Part shown: positions 1-10,368 of the stretch, one piece after another | How positions within the stretch are numbered: position 1 is the first letter of the stretch | Layout: each line of letters starts with the position of its first letter | DNA from: Calditrichaceae bacterium | GTDB taxonomy: Bacteria > Calditrichota > Calditrichia > Calditrichales > JBFXGD01 | Reading direction: 5' to 3' | Assembly (NCBI GenBank): GCA_050173015.1 | Contig: JBFXLE010000005.1 | Span: 96,001-160,000 of the forward strand | Length of the DNA stretch: 64,000 bases | Made by a program: the position numbers and the translations under genes | The notes under the pieces: generated by a model | The model's input: the letters and a program-made list of their open reading frames with translations, nothing else | The model's database searches: none | What the model was told of the DNA's origin: nothing

Positions 1-70
1 CCCGCAGCTATCACAAATGTAATCATAAGTTGGCATCTTAATCAATCACTCCTTTTTTTTCTTTCATCCA

Positions 71-1051
71 TCAGGACATTGTACTGCAAATACATGCCAC
101 ATTAACAATATCATCCACACTGCATCCGCGCGAAAGATCATTATATGGTTTTGCTAGTCCCTGAATGACCGGTCCGATTGCTTCCGCGCCGGCAAGACGC
201 TCGGCAATCTTATAACCAATATTTCCCGCATCCAAATCCGGGAAAATCAATACATTCGCATTTCCGGCTACCGGACTGCCCGGAGCCTTTCTTTTTGCTA
301 TTGAATCAACTAAAGCTGAATCAAATTGCAATTCACCATCAATTTTTAGATCCGGCTTAAGTGTCATAATTTTTTTAGTTGCCTGCAGAACCTTATCAAC
401 ATCTTCATGCGCCGCGCTTCCTTTTGTGGAGAATGAAAGCATCGCGACCATTGGTTCTTTTCCAACCAGTCGTTCGTATGTCTTTGCGCTGCTGATCGCG
501 ATACTCGCCAGCTGATCAATATCAGGATTTGGAATAACCGCGCAATCACCAAAGACCAGTTCCCGGCCGTCAGGAAGTACCATAACAAATGAGCTCGATA
601 CCGCCTGGATCCCTTCCGCCAGTCCGACTATCTGGATTGCCGCCCGGAGAACATCACCCGTTGTATTAACCGACCCGGCTACAGCACCTTCGGCTTCTCC
701 GTTTCGAACCATCAGCGCCCCGTAATACAATTCGTTTTCGATAATTCGGGCCGCATCTTCAGAAGTCATACCTTTGTGTTTTCTTAACTGATAATATTGT
801 TCGGCATACGCTTCTTTTTTAGGTGATTTTTTTGGATCTATAATTGTGATTCCGTCTAGAGAAACCGCATTCTCCTGAGCGACGGTTTTAATTATCTCGC
901 CATCGCCAAGCAAGATCGGTTCAACCAATTTACTCTCTTTCAGAATAGCCGCCGCTTTAATAACTCTCGGCTCCGTTCCCTCCGGCAAAACGATCCTGTT
1001 TGAATTCCTTTTCTTTGCATTTTCTCTGATTTTAACTACAAATTCAGTCAT
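71..1051 (-). CDS. pta: Phosphate acetyltransferase
   Basis: [37 protein letters not shown] and NDLSRGCS motifs of the Pta family. Confidence 0.95.
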   Translation of the reverse strand: MTEFVVKIRENAKKRNSNRIVLPEGTEPRVIKAAAILKESKLVEPILLGDGEIIKTVAQENAVSLDGITIIDPKKSPKKEAYAEQYYQLRKHKGMTSEDAARIIENELYYGALMVRNGEAEGAVAGSVNTTGDVLRAAIQIVGLAEGIQAVSSSFVMVLPDGRELVFGDCAVIPNPDIDQLASIAISSAKTYERLVGKEPMVAMLSFSTKGSAAHEDVDKVLQATKKIMTLKPDLKIDGELQFDSALVDSIAKRKAPGSPVAGNANVLIFPDLDAGNIGYKIAERLAGAEAIGPVIQGLAKPYNDLSRGCSVDDIVNVACICSTMS

Positions 1052-1551
1052 CTTCCTACACCTTTAACTTTCATTTTATCTATTAGTTTATCAGAAACAT
1101 ATTTAGTTACAAATTTTTCCACATTGCCGCCAAATTTTGCCACATCTTTTACGATTGTCGAATTTAAATAGGTGTACTTCTCATTCGGCATAAGAAAAAC
1201 GGTTGTAATATTATGGGCTAATTGCCTGTTCATTAGCGCCATCTGAAATTCATATTCAAAATCAGATACCGCGCGAAGTCCTCTGATAATTCCTATTGCC
1301 TTCTGTTCTAACGCGAAATTTACCAATAATCCATCAAATTTATCCACTGAAACATTCGAAAAATTTTGACATGCGTTTTTGATCATATCAATCCGTTCGG
1401 ATTCGGTAAAAAGTGGTTTTTTTGTCTGGTTTATCGCAAGAGTGACAATTACACGGTCAAACAAACGGCTGGCCCGCTCAATGATATCTATGTGCCCAAG
1501 AGTAATCGGATCAAAGGTTCCCGGATAAATGGCGACTTTTAAATCACTCAT
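1048..1551 (-). CDS. coaD: Pantetheine-phosphate adenylyltransferase
   Basis: [25 protein letters not shown]; start moved to ATG 1551 (MSDLK), which overlaps the rsmD stop region. Confidence 0.95.
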   Translation of the reverse strand: MSDLKVAIYPGTFDPITLGHIDIIERASRLFDRVIVTLAINQTKKPLFTESERIDMIKNACQNFSNVSVDKFDGLLVNFALEQKAIGIIRGLRAVSDFEYEFQMALMNRQLAHNITTVFLMPNEKYTYLNSTIVKDVAKFGGNVEKFVTKYVSDKLIDKMKVKGVGR

Positions 1552-2101
1552 TAATTTGCCTCTTTTCAAGAAATGATAATAAGCTTCTGCCAACTCTCTT
1601 TTGTTTTAAAATATTATAGTCTGATGATTCGGGCATAATTGGATTTGTGATTTCATGCTCCAGCACCAGAAGTCCTCCCGGACTGATAACATTTCGGATA
1701 AAAACCGTGTCAACCAATTCCTGAATTTGCGGATATACAAAAGGCGGGTCCATCAAACACAGATCAACCGAGAGCCCGGTCGTATTCGCAAAATCAATCG
1801 CGTCACTCCGGATTATTTCATGTTGATCTTGGCTGATCTTTAAATGTTCCAAATTGGAAGTAAGAATTTTGATTGATGTCGGAGCTTTTTCGACAAAATA
1901 GATTTTTTCTGCTCCTCTGCTCAGCGCTTCCAGCCCAAGATTGCCGCTTCCCGCGAACAAATCAATTACAATTTTCCCATACGGAAAATCCTGCAATATA
2001 TTAAAAATATCTTCTTTAACCCGGTCCGTTGTGGGTCTAATGGAAAGATCATTGCTGCTTTTTAAGCGCCTGCCCTTATAGATTCCTGAAATAATTCTCA
2101 T
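1544..2101 (-). CDS. rsmD: 16S rRNA m2G966 methyltransferase
   Basis: MRIISGIYKGRRL, RPTTDRVKE, DLFAGSG, DPPF; usual rsmD-coaD linkage. Confidence 0.93.
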   Translation of the reverse strand: MRIISGIYKGRRLKSSNDLSIRPTTDRVKEDIFNILQDFPYGKIVIDLFAGSGNLGLEALSRGAEKIYFVEKAPTSIKILTSNLEHLKISQDQHEIIRSDAIDFANTTGLSVDLCLMDPPFVYPQIQELVDTVFIRNVISPGGLLVLEHEITNPIMPESSDYNILKQKRVGRSLLSFLEKRQINE

Positions 2102-2104
2102 TTT

Positions 2105-3235
2105 CTAAACAAAAACCTGTACAATCAATTTAAGTTGGTATTTTGATAGTTTAAACGTTTTTTGATCGGCAGCGGACAGGGTTAATTTGTGTATTTTAAT
2201 ATTGCTGGCGGAAGATCCGATTGAATTCATTAATGATTTACATCCATCAAGGTTGCCTGAAATTACTGCTTCCACCTCATAGACCCTAAAATTATTTTTC
2301 GATGAAGCCGAGCCGCTCTTGATTGAATTCATCTTCAATTGGTTTTTTCTTGTGAGATCTGTTAGCCACGACTTGGCGTCATCTGCGCTGTTAAGCCTTA
2401 ATCCCAGTTCTCTTGCCTGCGGCATTCCATTCATCTCCGCGGTATATAATCCAAATATACCTCCGTTTTTTCCGGGCCGCTGACTAGATGACAGAACAAC
2501 AAATTTTTTATCTTTGTACTTATTCTTCAGATCGAGATTGAGTTTTGCCAGGTCATCCCTGCTTTTACCAAACACTTCAAATAAAAATGAATTATCGTAT
2601 AGAAGGATACTCGACAAATTGATATTTTGACCACTAAAATTGAGGATATTTCCTATAAATGAAAGTTCATTGCCGGTTCTGTCCGCAAGACTTCCGAGAA
2701 ATCTTGTTTTTTCTAATTCCTCCGGTGAAACAGCCGGCTGTTCTTCAACAAGTTCGGTCGGTGGTATTTTACCGGTATCATCTTTAAAAACCCACTGGTT
2801 TAATCCGAGATAGACAATAAAGAGCAGTGCCACTATTCCTGCTCCGATTAGTATCGGCTTATAGTTTATGGCATCCGGCTTTTCATCAAAAAAACTTTCA
2901 TCCTGGATAAATGAAGGCTTCTTTTCTTTAACTCCTGAAGGCCGATCTTCATCAAATCCGGAAAATTTTGGCTCTGCCGGCGCCACACGATCCTGATCAA
3001 CATCAAATAAACTTGAATGCTGCTCCGGTTCACCGGTAAGGTCTATTACCTCACGCTGATCAAAAGAGTCGGTCGTTTTCTCTTTGCTGTCTTCAATAAT
3101 GACCGGCTCTTCTTTTTCAAGAGCATCAAAATCTATTTCATCCTTTTCTATATCTTTTTTATCGCCCGGTTGGTCATCTTCCCGTTTTTTTGGCGAAAAC
3201 AGCTCGTCATCTTCTAAAAGATTATACTTTCCCAT
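2105..3235 (-). CDS. Bitopic membrane protein: acidic cytoplasmic N-terminus, one TM helix, possible PilN/PilO-like periplasmic domains
   Basis: About 120 aa D/E-rich low-complexity region, TM ILIGAGIVALLFIVYLGL, two alternating alpha/beta segments; follows a PilM-like gene. Confidence 0.5.
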   Translation of the reverse strand: MGKYNLLEDDELFSPKKREDDQPGDKKDIEKDEIDFDALEKEEPVIIEDSKEKTTDSFDQREVIDLTGEPEQHSSLFDVDQDRVAPAEPKFSGFDEDRPSGVKEKKPSFIQDESFFDEKPDAINYKPILIGAGIVALLFIVYLGLNQWVFKDDTGKIPPTELVEEQPAVSPEELEKTRFLGSLADRTGNELSFIGNILNFSGQNINLSSILLYDNSFLFEVFGKSRDDLAKLNLDLKNKYKDKKFVVLSSSQRPGKNGGIFGLYTAEMNGMPQARELGLRLNSADDAKSWLTDLTRKNQLKMNSIKSGSASSKNNFRVYEVEAVISGNLDGCKSLMNSIGSSASNIKIHKLTLSAADQKTFKLSKYQLKLIVQVFV

Positions 3236-3249
3236 TCATACCTCCAAAT

Positions 3250-4170
3250 TTAACCATCATCCGAATTTCGAAGAACAGAACCGATCGCTTCAATATCACC
3301 ATTCCCGTTTGGAACTTCGACAGGATATTTATCCGTTTCTATTCTTTTCAACTCGATTGAAAAATTTTTCCGCAGAAGGTCAAATGTCGAATCCACGACA
3401 GATGGGCCGTAGATATATATCTGTAATTCTTTTTGACTTTCGGCTGACAACTGATTGGACAGATTTTCCAGCTCTTTAAAACGTTCAACCATCTTTTCAA
3501 GTATTTTTTGGTCTCTGTTTTGATGTCCGCTTAGTGTATTAATATTATCTAAAAAGGATGAGTAGTATTCTCCACTCAACATAAAATGTGTTTCAATGGA
3601 GTAGTTATTAACCTTAAATATCAACTGGTTTTTTTCATGAGTTATCAAACCATGACGATTGAGATAATTCTCCACAGCAAAATTATTCAAACTTACTGAA
3701 CTAAGATTCCCTTCGCAAAGGTGAGCAAACTCATTTAACTCATTAATGATCGATCTTTTGATCGCGATGACAATGATCTCACGGTACTCATCAAAAACAA
3801 ATTCATTCCCTAAGTTAATTTTATAGTTTGAGATATCATCGGGAAGATAATTGTTTAGTTCCCATTCTATTTGAACACGCAGGAGATCTCCGGAAATTTC
3901 TTTTGGAAGAGAGACTCTTTTTACAAAAGCAAAATTGTATGGTATTGAAATATCAATTTCTAAATTATCCAACACTCCGGCGCCTTTTTCCCTCAAGATA
4001 AGATCTGCCAATTTATTGAAATTTTCATTTTTTATAAAACTGTCGAATCGAAAATTGAAGGGATAGGGGAAATGGCTGGATTTGATGAATTGACTAACTC
4101 CCGCTTCGCCTCTGAATTGAGCCAGGTGCATGCCATTATCTGAAAATGATATACCAAAGATATTTTTCAT
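3250..4170 (-). CDS. PilM-like (actin-fold) pilus assembly protein
   Basis: N-terminal FGISFS (GIDIG-like), ISIP..AFVKRVSLP, QIEWELNNYLP and IIVIAIKR pattern resembling PilM. Confidence 0.55.
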   Translation of the reverse strand: MKNIFGISFSDNGMHLAQFRGEAGVSQFIKSSHFPYPFNFRFDSFIKNENFNKLADLILREKGAGVLDNLEIDISIPYNFAFVKRVSLPKEISGDLLRVQIEWELNNYLPDDISNYKINLGNEFVFDEYREIIVIAIKRSIINELNEFAHLCEGNLSSVSLNNFAVENYLNRHGLITHEKNQLIFKVNNYSIETHFMLSGEYYSSFLDNINTLSGHQNRDQKILEKMVERFKELENLSNQLSAESQKELQIYIYGPSVVDSTFDLLRKNFSIELKRIETDKYPVEVPNGNGDIEAIGSVLRNSDDG

Positions 4171-4186
4171 GATGTGTTTTCTAATT

Positions 4187-4213
4187 AAAAAAAGGAGGGA
4201 AAATTCCCTCCTT
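4187..4213 (-). terminator. Intrinsic terminator after the 560-aa pilin-like gene
   Basis: AAGGAGGGAA-AA-TTCCCTCCTT hairpin with a U-tract on the minus strand. Confidence 0.7.
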
Positions 4214-4239
4214 AATTTATTTTTATAAACATTTTACTT

Positions 4240-5922
4240 CTATTCTTCCCAGCTTTTGGTGTCTTTATAGATATAGCCGTAATTCTCGATTTGTTTTTTA
4301 AATAAGCCATATACATTTTCAGACTTTCCTTCGGAAGCAAAGAGGTATACCTCTCCCAATTCAAAATCCAATGATTTTAAAGTCGGGGTAACAGTAGAAC
4401 CGGTAATTGATTTAATTTTTCCAAATGAGTCATTCAATGCCGCGATATCCTCATCAAAGTTTTTTACACCGGCAGGAAGTCTTCGAATTTCTCCTAACAG
4501 CTGATTATACTCTTCAAGAACTTTAATCATATCCGAGTGAAGTGTATCTAAATTGCCGAAGATATTTTCAGAGTAAACCTGGTCAAATATTCTGACACTG
4601 TTGAGTGCATTTTCAGAATATAATTTAATATCACTAAAACTATTTGAGTTGGGCACTTCTTTTACAAACCGGGCCAAATCCGAATAAGCGGTAATCACGC
4701 TCAGATCTGTAAGCTTATTGGCAAGTTCTTCAACTTGCCTGTTCTTAACAAATATATCGACATTCTTGCGAATTTCCTGCTTCACTAACATGGATTTGTT
4801 TTTAATTCCGTTGATGGTGTCTACATAGGCTTTATATGCCGGCAGAATGGGCATACTTTTTGACTTTTCTACAAGAGGCAACGTCATTGCTTTCAAGTCA
4901 TCCAGTAGTTCCGGACTTTCCACTTTGACAGAGCCGGAATCATCCAAAATGGTTATGTTGTACATTTTCTTTGATACGGGACTGTAAAAATTAGCCTCTG
5001 TCAGATGCATAACCATCGAATCCGCCTCTGATAACCTGTAAAGCGCGGTTTTGCTTGTCGTGTTGAAATCCATTAAGAATTTTTGAAAGGTTGCATCAAT
5101 TTTTGCTGCTATTTCCTGAACCTTTTGGCCGTCTCCTGCCGTGTTTGATTTTGCAAGCTTATTAAAGGCTTTATCAATATTTGCATTAAAATCTTTCACA
5201 CGGTCAGAGACATTGGACACTTCTTTAATTGATGAGCGGTTAATGGATTTAACCAGGTCATTAATTCTTATGGAGAGGGGTTCCCATCCTGCTTCCAGTT
5301 TATTAAGCTCAACTCTTGTAATCATTCTGCTGATAGTATCTGTGATTGCCACAGCTCTTGATGCCGCAGACTGAAGAGTATAGTCAGAAAGATCCCTTCT
5401 GAGTTGTGTAAGGGAATCGACATAGTTTGCGGTTATAATATAATTTTCATATTTCGCATCGTTATTCATAACCGATAATTTTAATTTCAGCTCTTCCGCT
5501 TCCTCATTAATCTCTTCGTTGGTCATCAAGAATCTGGCGTTTGTATTAAGATCTTCAATGATGCTTGCGCTGTTTTGAGAAATTGTGTTTACAGCATTAA
5601 TATTCGGAATATTCAAAAATGCATCGATATGGCCAGCCAGCTCCTGTGTGTAATTCACAATTGTCTGGGCCATTACCAGTGTTGAATCTTCATGAACAAT
5701 TCTTAATAATTCGGCCGGATCTGATGTAAACCCACCTTGAGTACGATGATAAAATCTTTCTGCCTCATAAATGCTCATCATATTACTCCGAGCGGCTATT
5801 TTTTCATTTTGTTCTTCATTCCATATTCTTCCGGGTATTATAATCACCACAACCAACAAGACAATTAACATGAGAATCAATACTTTAAGAAGAATTGATC
5901 CCTTGCCTTCTGTATTAGACAT
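4240..5922 (-). CDS. Large helical protein with a type IV pilin-like N-terminus
   Basis: EGKG|SILLKVLILMLIVLLVVVIIIP...ARSNMMSIYEAERFY resembles a prepilin leader plus alpha1 helix; the rest looks helical. Confidence 0.55.
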   Translation of the reverse strand: MSNTEGKGSILLKVLILMLIVLLVVVIIIPGRIWNEEQNEKIAARSNMMSIYEAERFYHRTQGGFTSDPAELLRIVHEDSTLVMAQTIVNYTQELAGHIDAFLNIPNINAVNTISQNSASIIEDLNTNARFLMTNEEINEEAEELKLKLSVMNNDAKYENYIITANYVDSLTQLRRDLSDYTLQSAASRAVAITDTISRMITRVELNKLEAGWEPLSIRINDLVKSINRSSIKEVSNVSDRVKDFNANIDKAFNKLAKSNTAGDGQKVQEIAAKIDATFQKFLMDFNTTSKTALYRLSEADSMVMHLTEANFYSPVSKKMYNITILDDSGSVKVESPELLDDLKAMTLPLVEKSKSMPILPAYKAYVDTINGIKNKSMLVKQEIRKNVDIFVKNRQVEELANKLTDLSVITAYSDLARFVKEVPNSNSFSDIKLYSENALNSVRIFDQVYSENIFGNLDTLHSDMIKVLEEYNQLLGEIRRLPAGVKNFDEDIAALNDSFGKIKSITGSTVTPTLKSLDFELGEVYLFASEGKSENVYGLFKKQIENYGYIYKDTKSWEE

Positions 5923-6098
5923 TCTTCCTCCGACAAATTAATATTATTCAAAAGCGCGACTTTAGCAATTTTAAGTATAAAAAAACATTTGCAAGTTAAC
6001 CAAATCTCATTTGGATGTCAAACCTTTTTTAACGTGGCTTCTGCCATAAAACAAGTAATTATAAGAACTTCCAATTAGAGAGTTCCAACTAAAAGCTA

Positions 6099-6127
6099 TT
6101 GCAAAAATAATTATTTTTTACTATAAT
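6099..6127 (+). promoter_or_regulatory. Sigma70-type promoter
   Basis: TTGCAA-17 nt-TATAAT, 46 nt upstream of ATG 6174. Confidence 0.6.
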
Positions 6128-6173
6128 TTACAAATCATTATTTCCAAACAATTTAACGAAAGAATCGCCTCAG

Positions 6174-8162
6174 ATGATATTGAAATATTTCATAGTTTTA
6201 TTGAGCCTTTTTTATTTTGTCGGATGTTCATCAAATAATGATTCTCAGTCAGATGACTGGATTCTCCTGAAGAATCTTGAATTTTCCCGTTCTAATGACA
6301 TAGACGCGTTCACTAATATATATTCAAGTGGAAACGATAAATTAAAGATAGAAACGCTTCGTTCGATGGGGAGAGCAAAGAGCGATGTGTTTATCCCTCA
6401 TTTAAAAAAATGTCTGCTTACCGAGAAAGACCCTGAGCTGTTGAAGAACGCCGTCTTTGCTCTTGGTCAGATCGGAAATTCCGATTCGGAGAACATATTA
6501 ATAAATCTTCCTTTTTCCGGTCTTCCGTTTAGCGTTCAAAAAGCTGTCCTGCTGACATTGGGTAATTTTGGCGGGGAAAATTCTGTTCAATTCTTTCAGC
6601 GATATCTTAATGACCCGGATCTCCGGTCTGAAGCATTGATCGCATCGGCTTTAGCCGCAAAAAGAGGCATCCCTGTTTCCGGCATAGAAGAGAAGATTGA
6701 CAAAAAAACCATGGTTTCCGACCAGCTTTCATATTTTTATTATTACTCAACCACGCAAAGAGATTTGGATATTCTGGTATCATTGCTGCCATCCACGGAT
6801 GCAAATTCAGTTAAATATTTATATAAAAAAATCAATGGCTGGTATTTAAAGGATTCGGAACTAGTAACCGAACATATTCGATCTGACAGTCTTCAATTTT
6901 CTAATTTAAAAGCGTCTCTTGCGAATACTTTCAAGCCCGGCACTCCCTGGCAAACTTTATATTATGCTTTGCAAATTCTTCCAATCGTCGCCGACTCCAC
7001 AGATCTGGATTTAATTGGAAAATATTCGTCTTCTGAAAACATTCATTTGAAAATTGCCGCGCTACAAACACAGGCAAATTTATCAAAAGAAAAAAGCACC
7101 GCTTTTTTGCTAAATATTATTAACGAAACGGATGATCTGTATATAAAATCGGAAATAATAAAAATTATTGCCGGTATCAATAAAAACATGGCCTATCGGT
7201 TTGTTATGCAGAATCTTGATCAGGGTAACGACGCGTTTAAACAATCACTGCTTGAAACGTTATCCATACTTGAAATGCCGATGGCTACTGATCTTCTGCA
7301 TCAGTTTGTAAATGTCGCCTCTCCGGCTCTTGCTGAAAAAGCGTTCAACCTTCTTGCTGATAAACATAGGGCGAATCAGGAGGATTATAACGCGTTACTT
7401 CAATCTGAATCCTTTTCTTCGGTCGCCACGGCAATTGACTGGAAAATTGAAAGGAAACAATCGATTGCCATTGATAAACTTCTTAACTTGTATACCACAT
7501 TTAAGCAGCCAAACGCGTCGGAACTTCAATTGAGTATCATCAAATTGCTCAGTCAAACCCAGGCCGTTCTATCGGACAATGAATTAAAAGTGCTCGCCGA
7601 TAATGCATGTCAGGATAATGTGCTAAAGGCGCTTATGGATTTACCCGGAAGTATCGATAACTATCAGTACCGGGCGGACAGTCTGGCAAATTTAGCTCCC
7701 GCTTACCTCACCGCCGACTCCTTAACGGAATTCAGCGCCAATCCAAGGGTCCGTATTATAACCGGGAAGGGGACGATGGTTCTTGAATTATATTCAAATA
7801 TCGCGCCTTTAACTGTTCATAATTTTTTAACACTTGCAAATAAAAAATTCTATAATAACTTAACATTTCACCGAGTGGTGCCGGATTTCGTTATTCAGGG
7901 TGGTGATCCCATGGGTAACGGATGGGGAGGTCCCGGATATTCGATTCCGTCTGAACATAGTGATCTTCCCTTTATGAGGGGAAGTGTCGGGATCGCCACT
8001 TCAGGATGGGACACCGGTGGATGTCAGTTTTTCATCTGTCAATCGGAACAATTTCACCTCAATGGGAATTACACTCTATTCGGACAGGTTGTTGACGGCA
8101 TGAATATCGTTGATTCAATCGTGCCAGGTGATAAAATTATCAGCATAGATACTGTTCACTAA
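6174..8162 (+). CDS. Lipoprotein with HEAT repeats and a C-terminal cyclophilin-type PPIase
   Basis: Lipobox FVGC; HEAT-like repeats; FHRVVPDFVIQGGDP and DTGGCQFFI cyclophilin motifs. Confidence 0.9.
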   Translation: MILKYFIVLLSLFYFVGCSSNNDSQSDDWILLKNLEFSRSNDIDAFTNIYSSGNDKLKIETLRSMGRAKSDVFIPHLKKCLLTEKDPELLKNAVFALGQIGNSDSENILINLPFSGLPFSVQKAVLLTLGNFGGENSVQFFQRYLNDPDLRSEALIASALAAKRGIPVSGIEEKIDKKTMVSDQLSYFYYYSTTQRDLDILVSLLPSTDANSVKYLYKKINGWYLKDSELVTEHIRSDSLQFSNLKASLANTFKPGTPWQTLYYALQILPIVADSTDLDLIGKYSSSENIHLKIAALQTQANLSKEKSTAFLLNIINETDDLYIKSEIIKIIAGINKNMAYRFVMQNLDQGNDAFKQSLLETLSILEMPMATDLLHQFVNVASPALAEKAFNLLADKHRANQEDYNALLQSESFSSVATAIDWKIERKQSIAIDKLLNLYTTFKQPNASELQLSIIKLLSQTQAVLSDNELKVLADNACQDNVLKALMDLPGSIDNYQYRADSLANLAPAYLTADSLTEFSANPRVRIITGKGTMVLELYSNIAPLTVHNFLTLANKKFYNNLTFHRVVPDFVIQGGDPMGNGWGGPGYSIPSEHSDLPFMRGSVGIATSGWDTGGCQFFICQSEQFHLNGNYTLFGQVVDGMNIVDSIVPGDKIISIDTVH

Positions 8163-8210
8163 TTTCTTAGATAATAAAATGCAACAAACCACAATCCTAT
8201 TGGAGGCCCA

Positions 8211-8972
8211 ATGAAAACATTGAAATTCTTGTCTATTTTTCTGTTAAGCATGATCATTTTTGCTAATGCGCAGGAAACTCCTCCGCCTTCACTTTTACAA
8301 CAAGGTGATATGGCGTACAAAAATCTTGACAATAAAAAAGCTCTCGATTTTTATCTTAAGGTCTTCCAAAATGACACCACAAATTACGAAGCAGCATGGA
8401 AGTGTTCGCGCGCTTTTGTAGATGTTGGCGAGAAGCTAGAAGGTGATGCGCGTGCCGAGAACTACAAAAAAGGGAAGGAATTTGCCGAAAAAGCGATTGC
8501 CTTAAATCCTGAGGGGAGTAACGGGCATTTATTTTATAGTGTTGCCACCGGTCGTGTCGCTCTTGACGCCGGGGCAAAGGAAAGAATAAGGCTTTCTAAA
8601 GAAATTAAACAGCATGTTGATCTTGCGATCAAATATGACCCTCAAAATGATATTGCCTATCATGTTCTTGGCCGTTGGAATCGTAAACTTTCAAATTTAA
8701 GCTGGGTTGAAAAGAAATTCGCCAATCTCTTTTTGGGTGGTGTTCCAAAAGAAGCATCCTACGAAAACGCTGTTTTTAATTTTAAAAAAGCGATTGAACT
8801 TCATCCGGAACATATAAATCATCATCTGGAATTGGGCATTACGTATAAAGAGATGGATAATAAGGAGTTGGCGAAAAAAGAATTCGAAACCTGCCTGTCG
8901 CTTGCCAACAGCGACGCAGATGATCCGGAATATAAAGCTCAGGCTAAAAAATACCTGGATGACTTAAAATAG
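8211..8972 (+). CDS. Secreted TPR-repeat protein
   Basis: Signal peptide (ANA|Q), TPR helices (KAIALNP, KAIELHP), GGAGG RBS. Confidence 0.8.
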   Translation: MKTLKFLSIFLLSMIIFANAQETPPPSLLQQGDMAYKNLDNKKALDFYLKVFQNDTTNYEAAWKCSRAFVDVGEKLEGDARAENYKKGKEFAEKAIALNPEGSNGHLFYSVATGRVALDAGAKERIRLSKEIKQHVDLAIKYDPQNDIAYHVLGRWNRKLSNLSWVEKKFANLFLGGVPKEASYENAVFNFKKAIELHPEHINHHLELGITYKEMDNKELAKKEFETCLSLANSDADDPEYKAQAKKYLDDLK

Positions 8973-8979
8973 TTTTTAT

Positions 8980-9010
8980 GGCGGTCAGTTGACCGCCTTT
9001 TTTATTTTAT
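8980..9010 (+). terminator. Intrinsic terminator
   Basis: GGCGGTCA-GT-TGACCGCC followed by a T-rich tract. Confidence 0.7.
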
Positions 9011-9051
9011 TTTCTCATAATAAATTTAATCGTTGACCAACTTTTTATTTT

Positions 9052-10278
9052 GTGTTCCATTTTTCTATTCGGAGACATGAAGATTTGATTAAATCCGTTT
9101 ATCGTACCAAAGGCAATTTTAAGGGATTGCTCTTTATAATTGGGATTGCTTTAATCATTTCCGCGTTTTGGTATACACAGAGAATGGTTCAGGTTTTAAA
9201 AGATAATTCTACTGAGTATATGCGATTCAGAATCAAGGTTTTTGAGGAAAATATTAACAACCCTGATGTTAATATGGATCTTAGCTTTTTCTTCAATGAA
9301 GTAATCCGTGGCGCAGACTATCCGATTATATATACAGATACCGATAAAATCCCCCAAAGCTGGGTAAACATTTCCCCCGAACTCGATTATGCGACAAATA
9401 TCAGCCGGCAAGACAGCCTCTTTCTTTTTTCAGAACTTGAAAAGATGGTCAATGAAAATGACCCTTTGCCCATTAAATATGAAGGAGAGACTCTGGGATA
9501 TTATTACTACGGTCTTTCTCCGGTAATTCATCAGTTAAGATTATTACCCTATATGGCCGTTGGCAGTGTTTTTATATTTATAATGTTGGGCTACCTGGGA
9601 TTTTCACATATTAAGAAAAGTGAGCAACAATTTATTTGGGTAGGTATGGCAAAAGAAACGGCTCACCAATTAGGTACGCCGCTCAGTTCTCTGCTTGGAT
9701 GGATTGAGCTTATAAAATCTGACTCCGGTTTATTGCCAACCGCGCTTCAGGAAATGCAGAATGACCTCACACGTCTTAATAAAATAGCCAATCGTTTTTC
9801 AAAAATTGGTTCAATGCCCAAATTAAAACCGGTACCATTGAATGATGTGATTGACAATATCTCTTCTTATTTCGGGAAGAGATTACCCAATATGCAGAGG
9901 ACCGTTTCGATTAATTCGCATTTTGATGGTAATCCAACCGTTCAGCTGAATACTGAGCTTTTTGAATGGGTACTTGAAAATTTAATTAAAAACGCCCTCG
10001 ATGCCATAGAAGGGAATAATGGCATAATCTCTATTTCTACTCAGATAAATTCAAAAAAGAAGTCCGTCTGCATCGAGATGTCAGACAATGGTAAAGGTAT
10101 TCCATTAAAAGATCAAAAAAATATATTTAAACCCGGGTATAGTACGAAACAAAGAGGTTGGGGACTGGGTTTAAGTTTAGCAAGAAGAATTATCGAGGAA
10201 TATCACGGCGGAAAATTGACCCTAAAAGAAAGCCGGCCGGAACACGGAACAACCTTTCAAATTTTTTTAAAGGTATAA
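9052..10278 (+). CDS. Membrane sensor histidine kinase (start uncertain)
   Basis: Two TM helices, H-box ETAHQLGTPLSS, N-box ENLIKNALDA, DNGKGI, GWGLGL; no response regulator adjacent. Confidence 0.92.
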   Translation: MFHFSIRRHEDLIKSVYRTKGNFKGLLFIIGIALIISAFWYTQRMVQVLKDNSTEYMRFRIKVFEENINNPDVNMDLSFFFNEVIRGADYPIIYTDTDKIPQSWVNISPELDYATNISRQDSLFLFSELEKMVNENDPLPIKYEGETLGYYYYGLSPVIHQLRLLPYMAVGSVFIFIMLGYLGFSHIKKSEQQFIWVGMAKETAHQLGTPLSSLLGWIELIKSDSGLLPTALQEMQNDLTRLNKIANRFSKIGSMPKLKPVPLNDVIDNISSYFGKRLPNMQRTVSINSHFDGNPTVQLNTELFEWVLENLIKNALDAIEGNNGIISISTQINSKKKSVCIEMSDNGKGIPLKDQKNIFKPGYSTKQRGWGLGLSLARRIIEEYHGGKLTLKESRPEHGTTFQIFLKV

Positions 10279-10297
10279 ACATCAAATTTTAATAACC

Positions 10298-10326
10298 TTG
10301 ATTTATGATGATAATTTTTTTAAAAT
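10298..10326 (+). promoter_or_regulatory. Sigma70-type promoter of the ECF sigma operon
   Basis: TTGATT-17 nt-TAAAAT. Confidence 0.45.
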
Positions 10327-10368
10327 TAACATGTTTAAAAGCAACTTATACTAGATAAGGAGTTTTTT

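Noticed and set aside
1048-1593. Longer coaD start given in the ORF track
   Set aside because: The extension lies deep inside rsmD; family similarity begins at MSDLK (ATG 1551)
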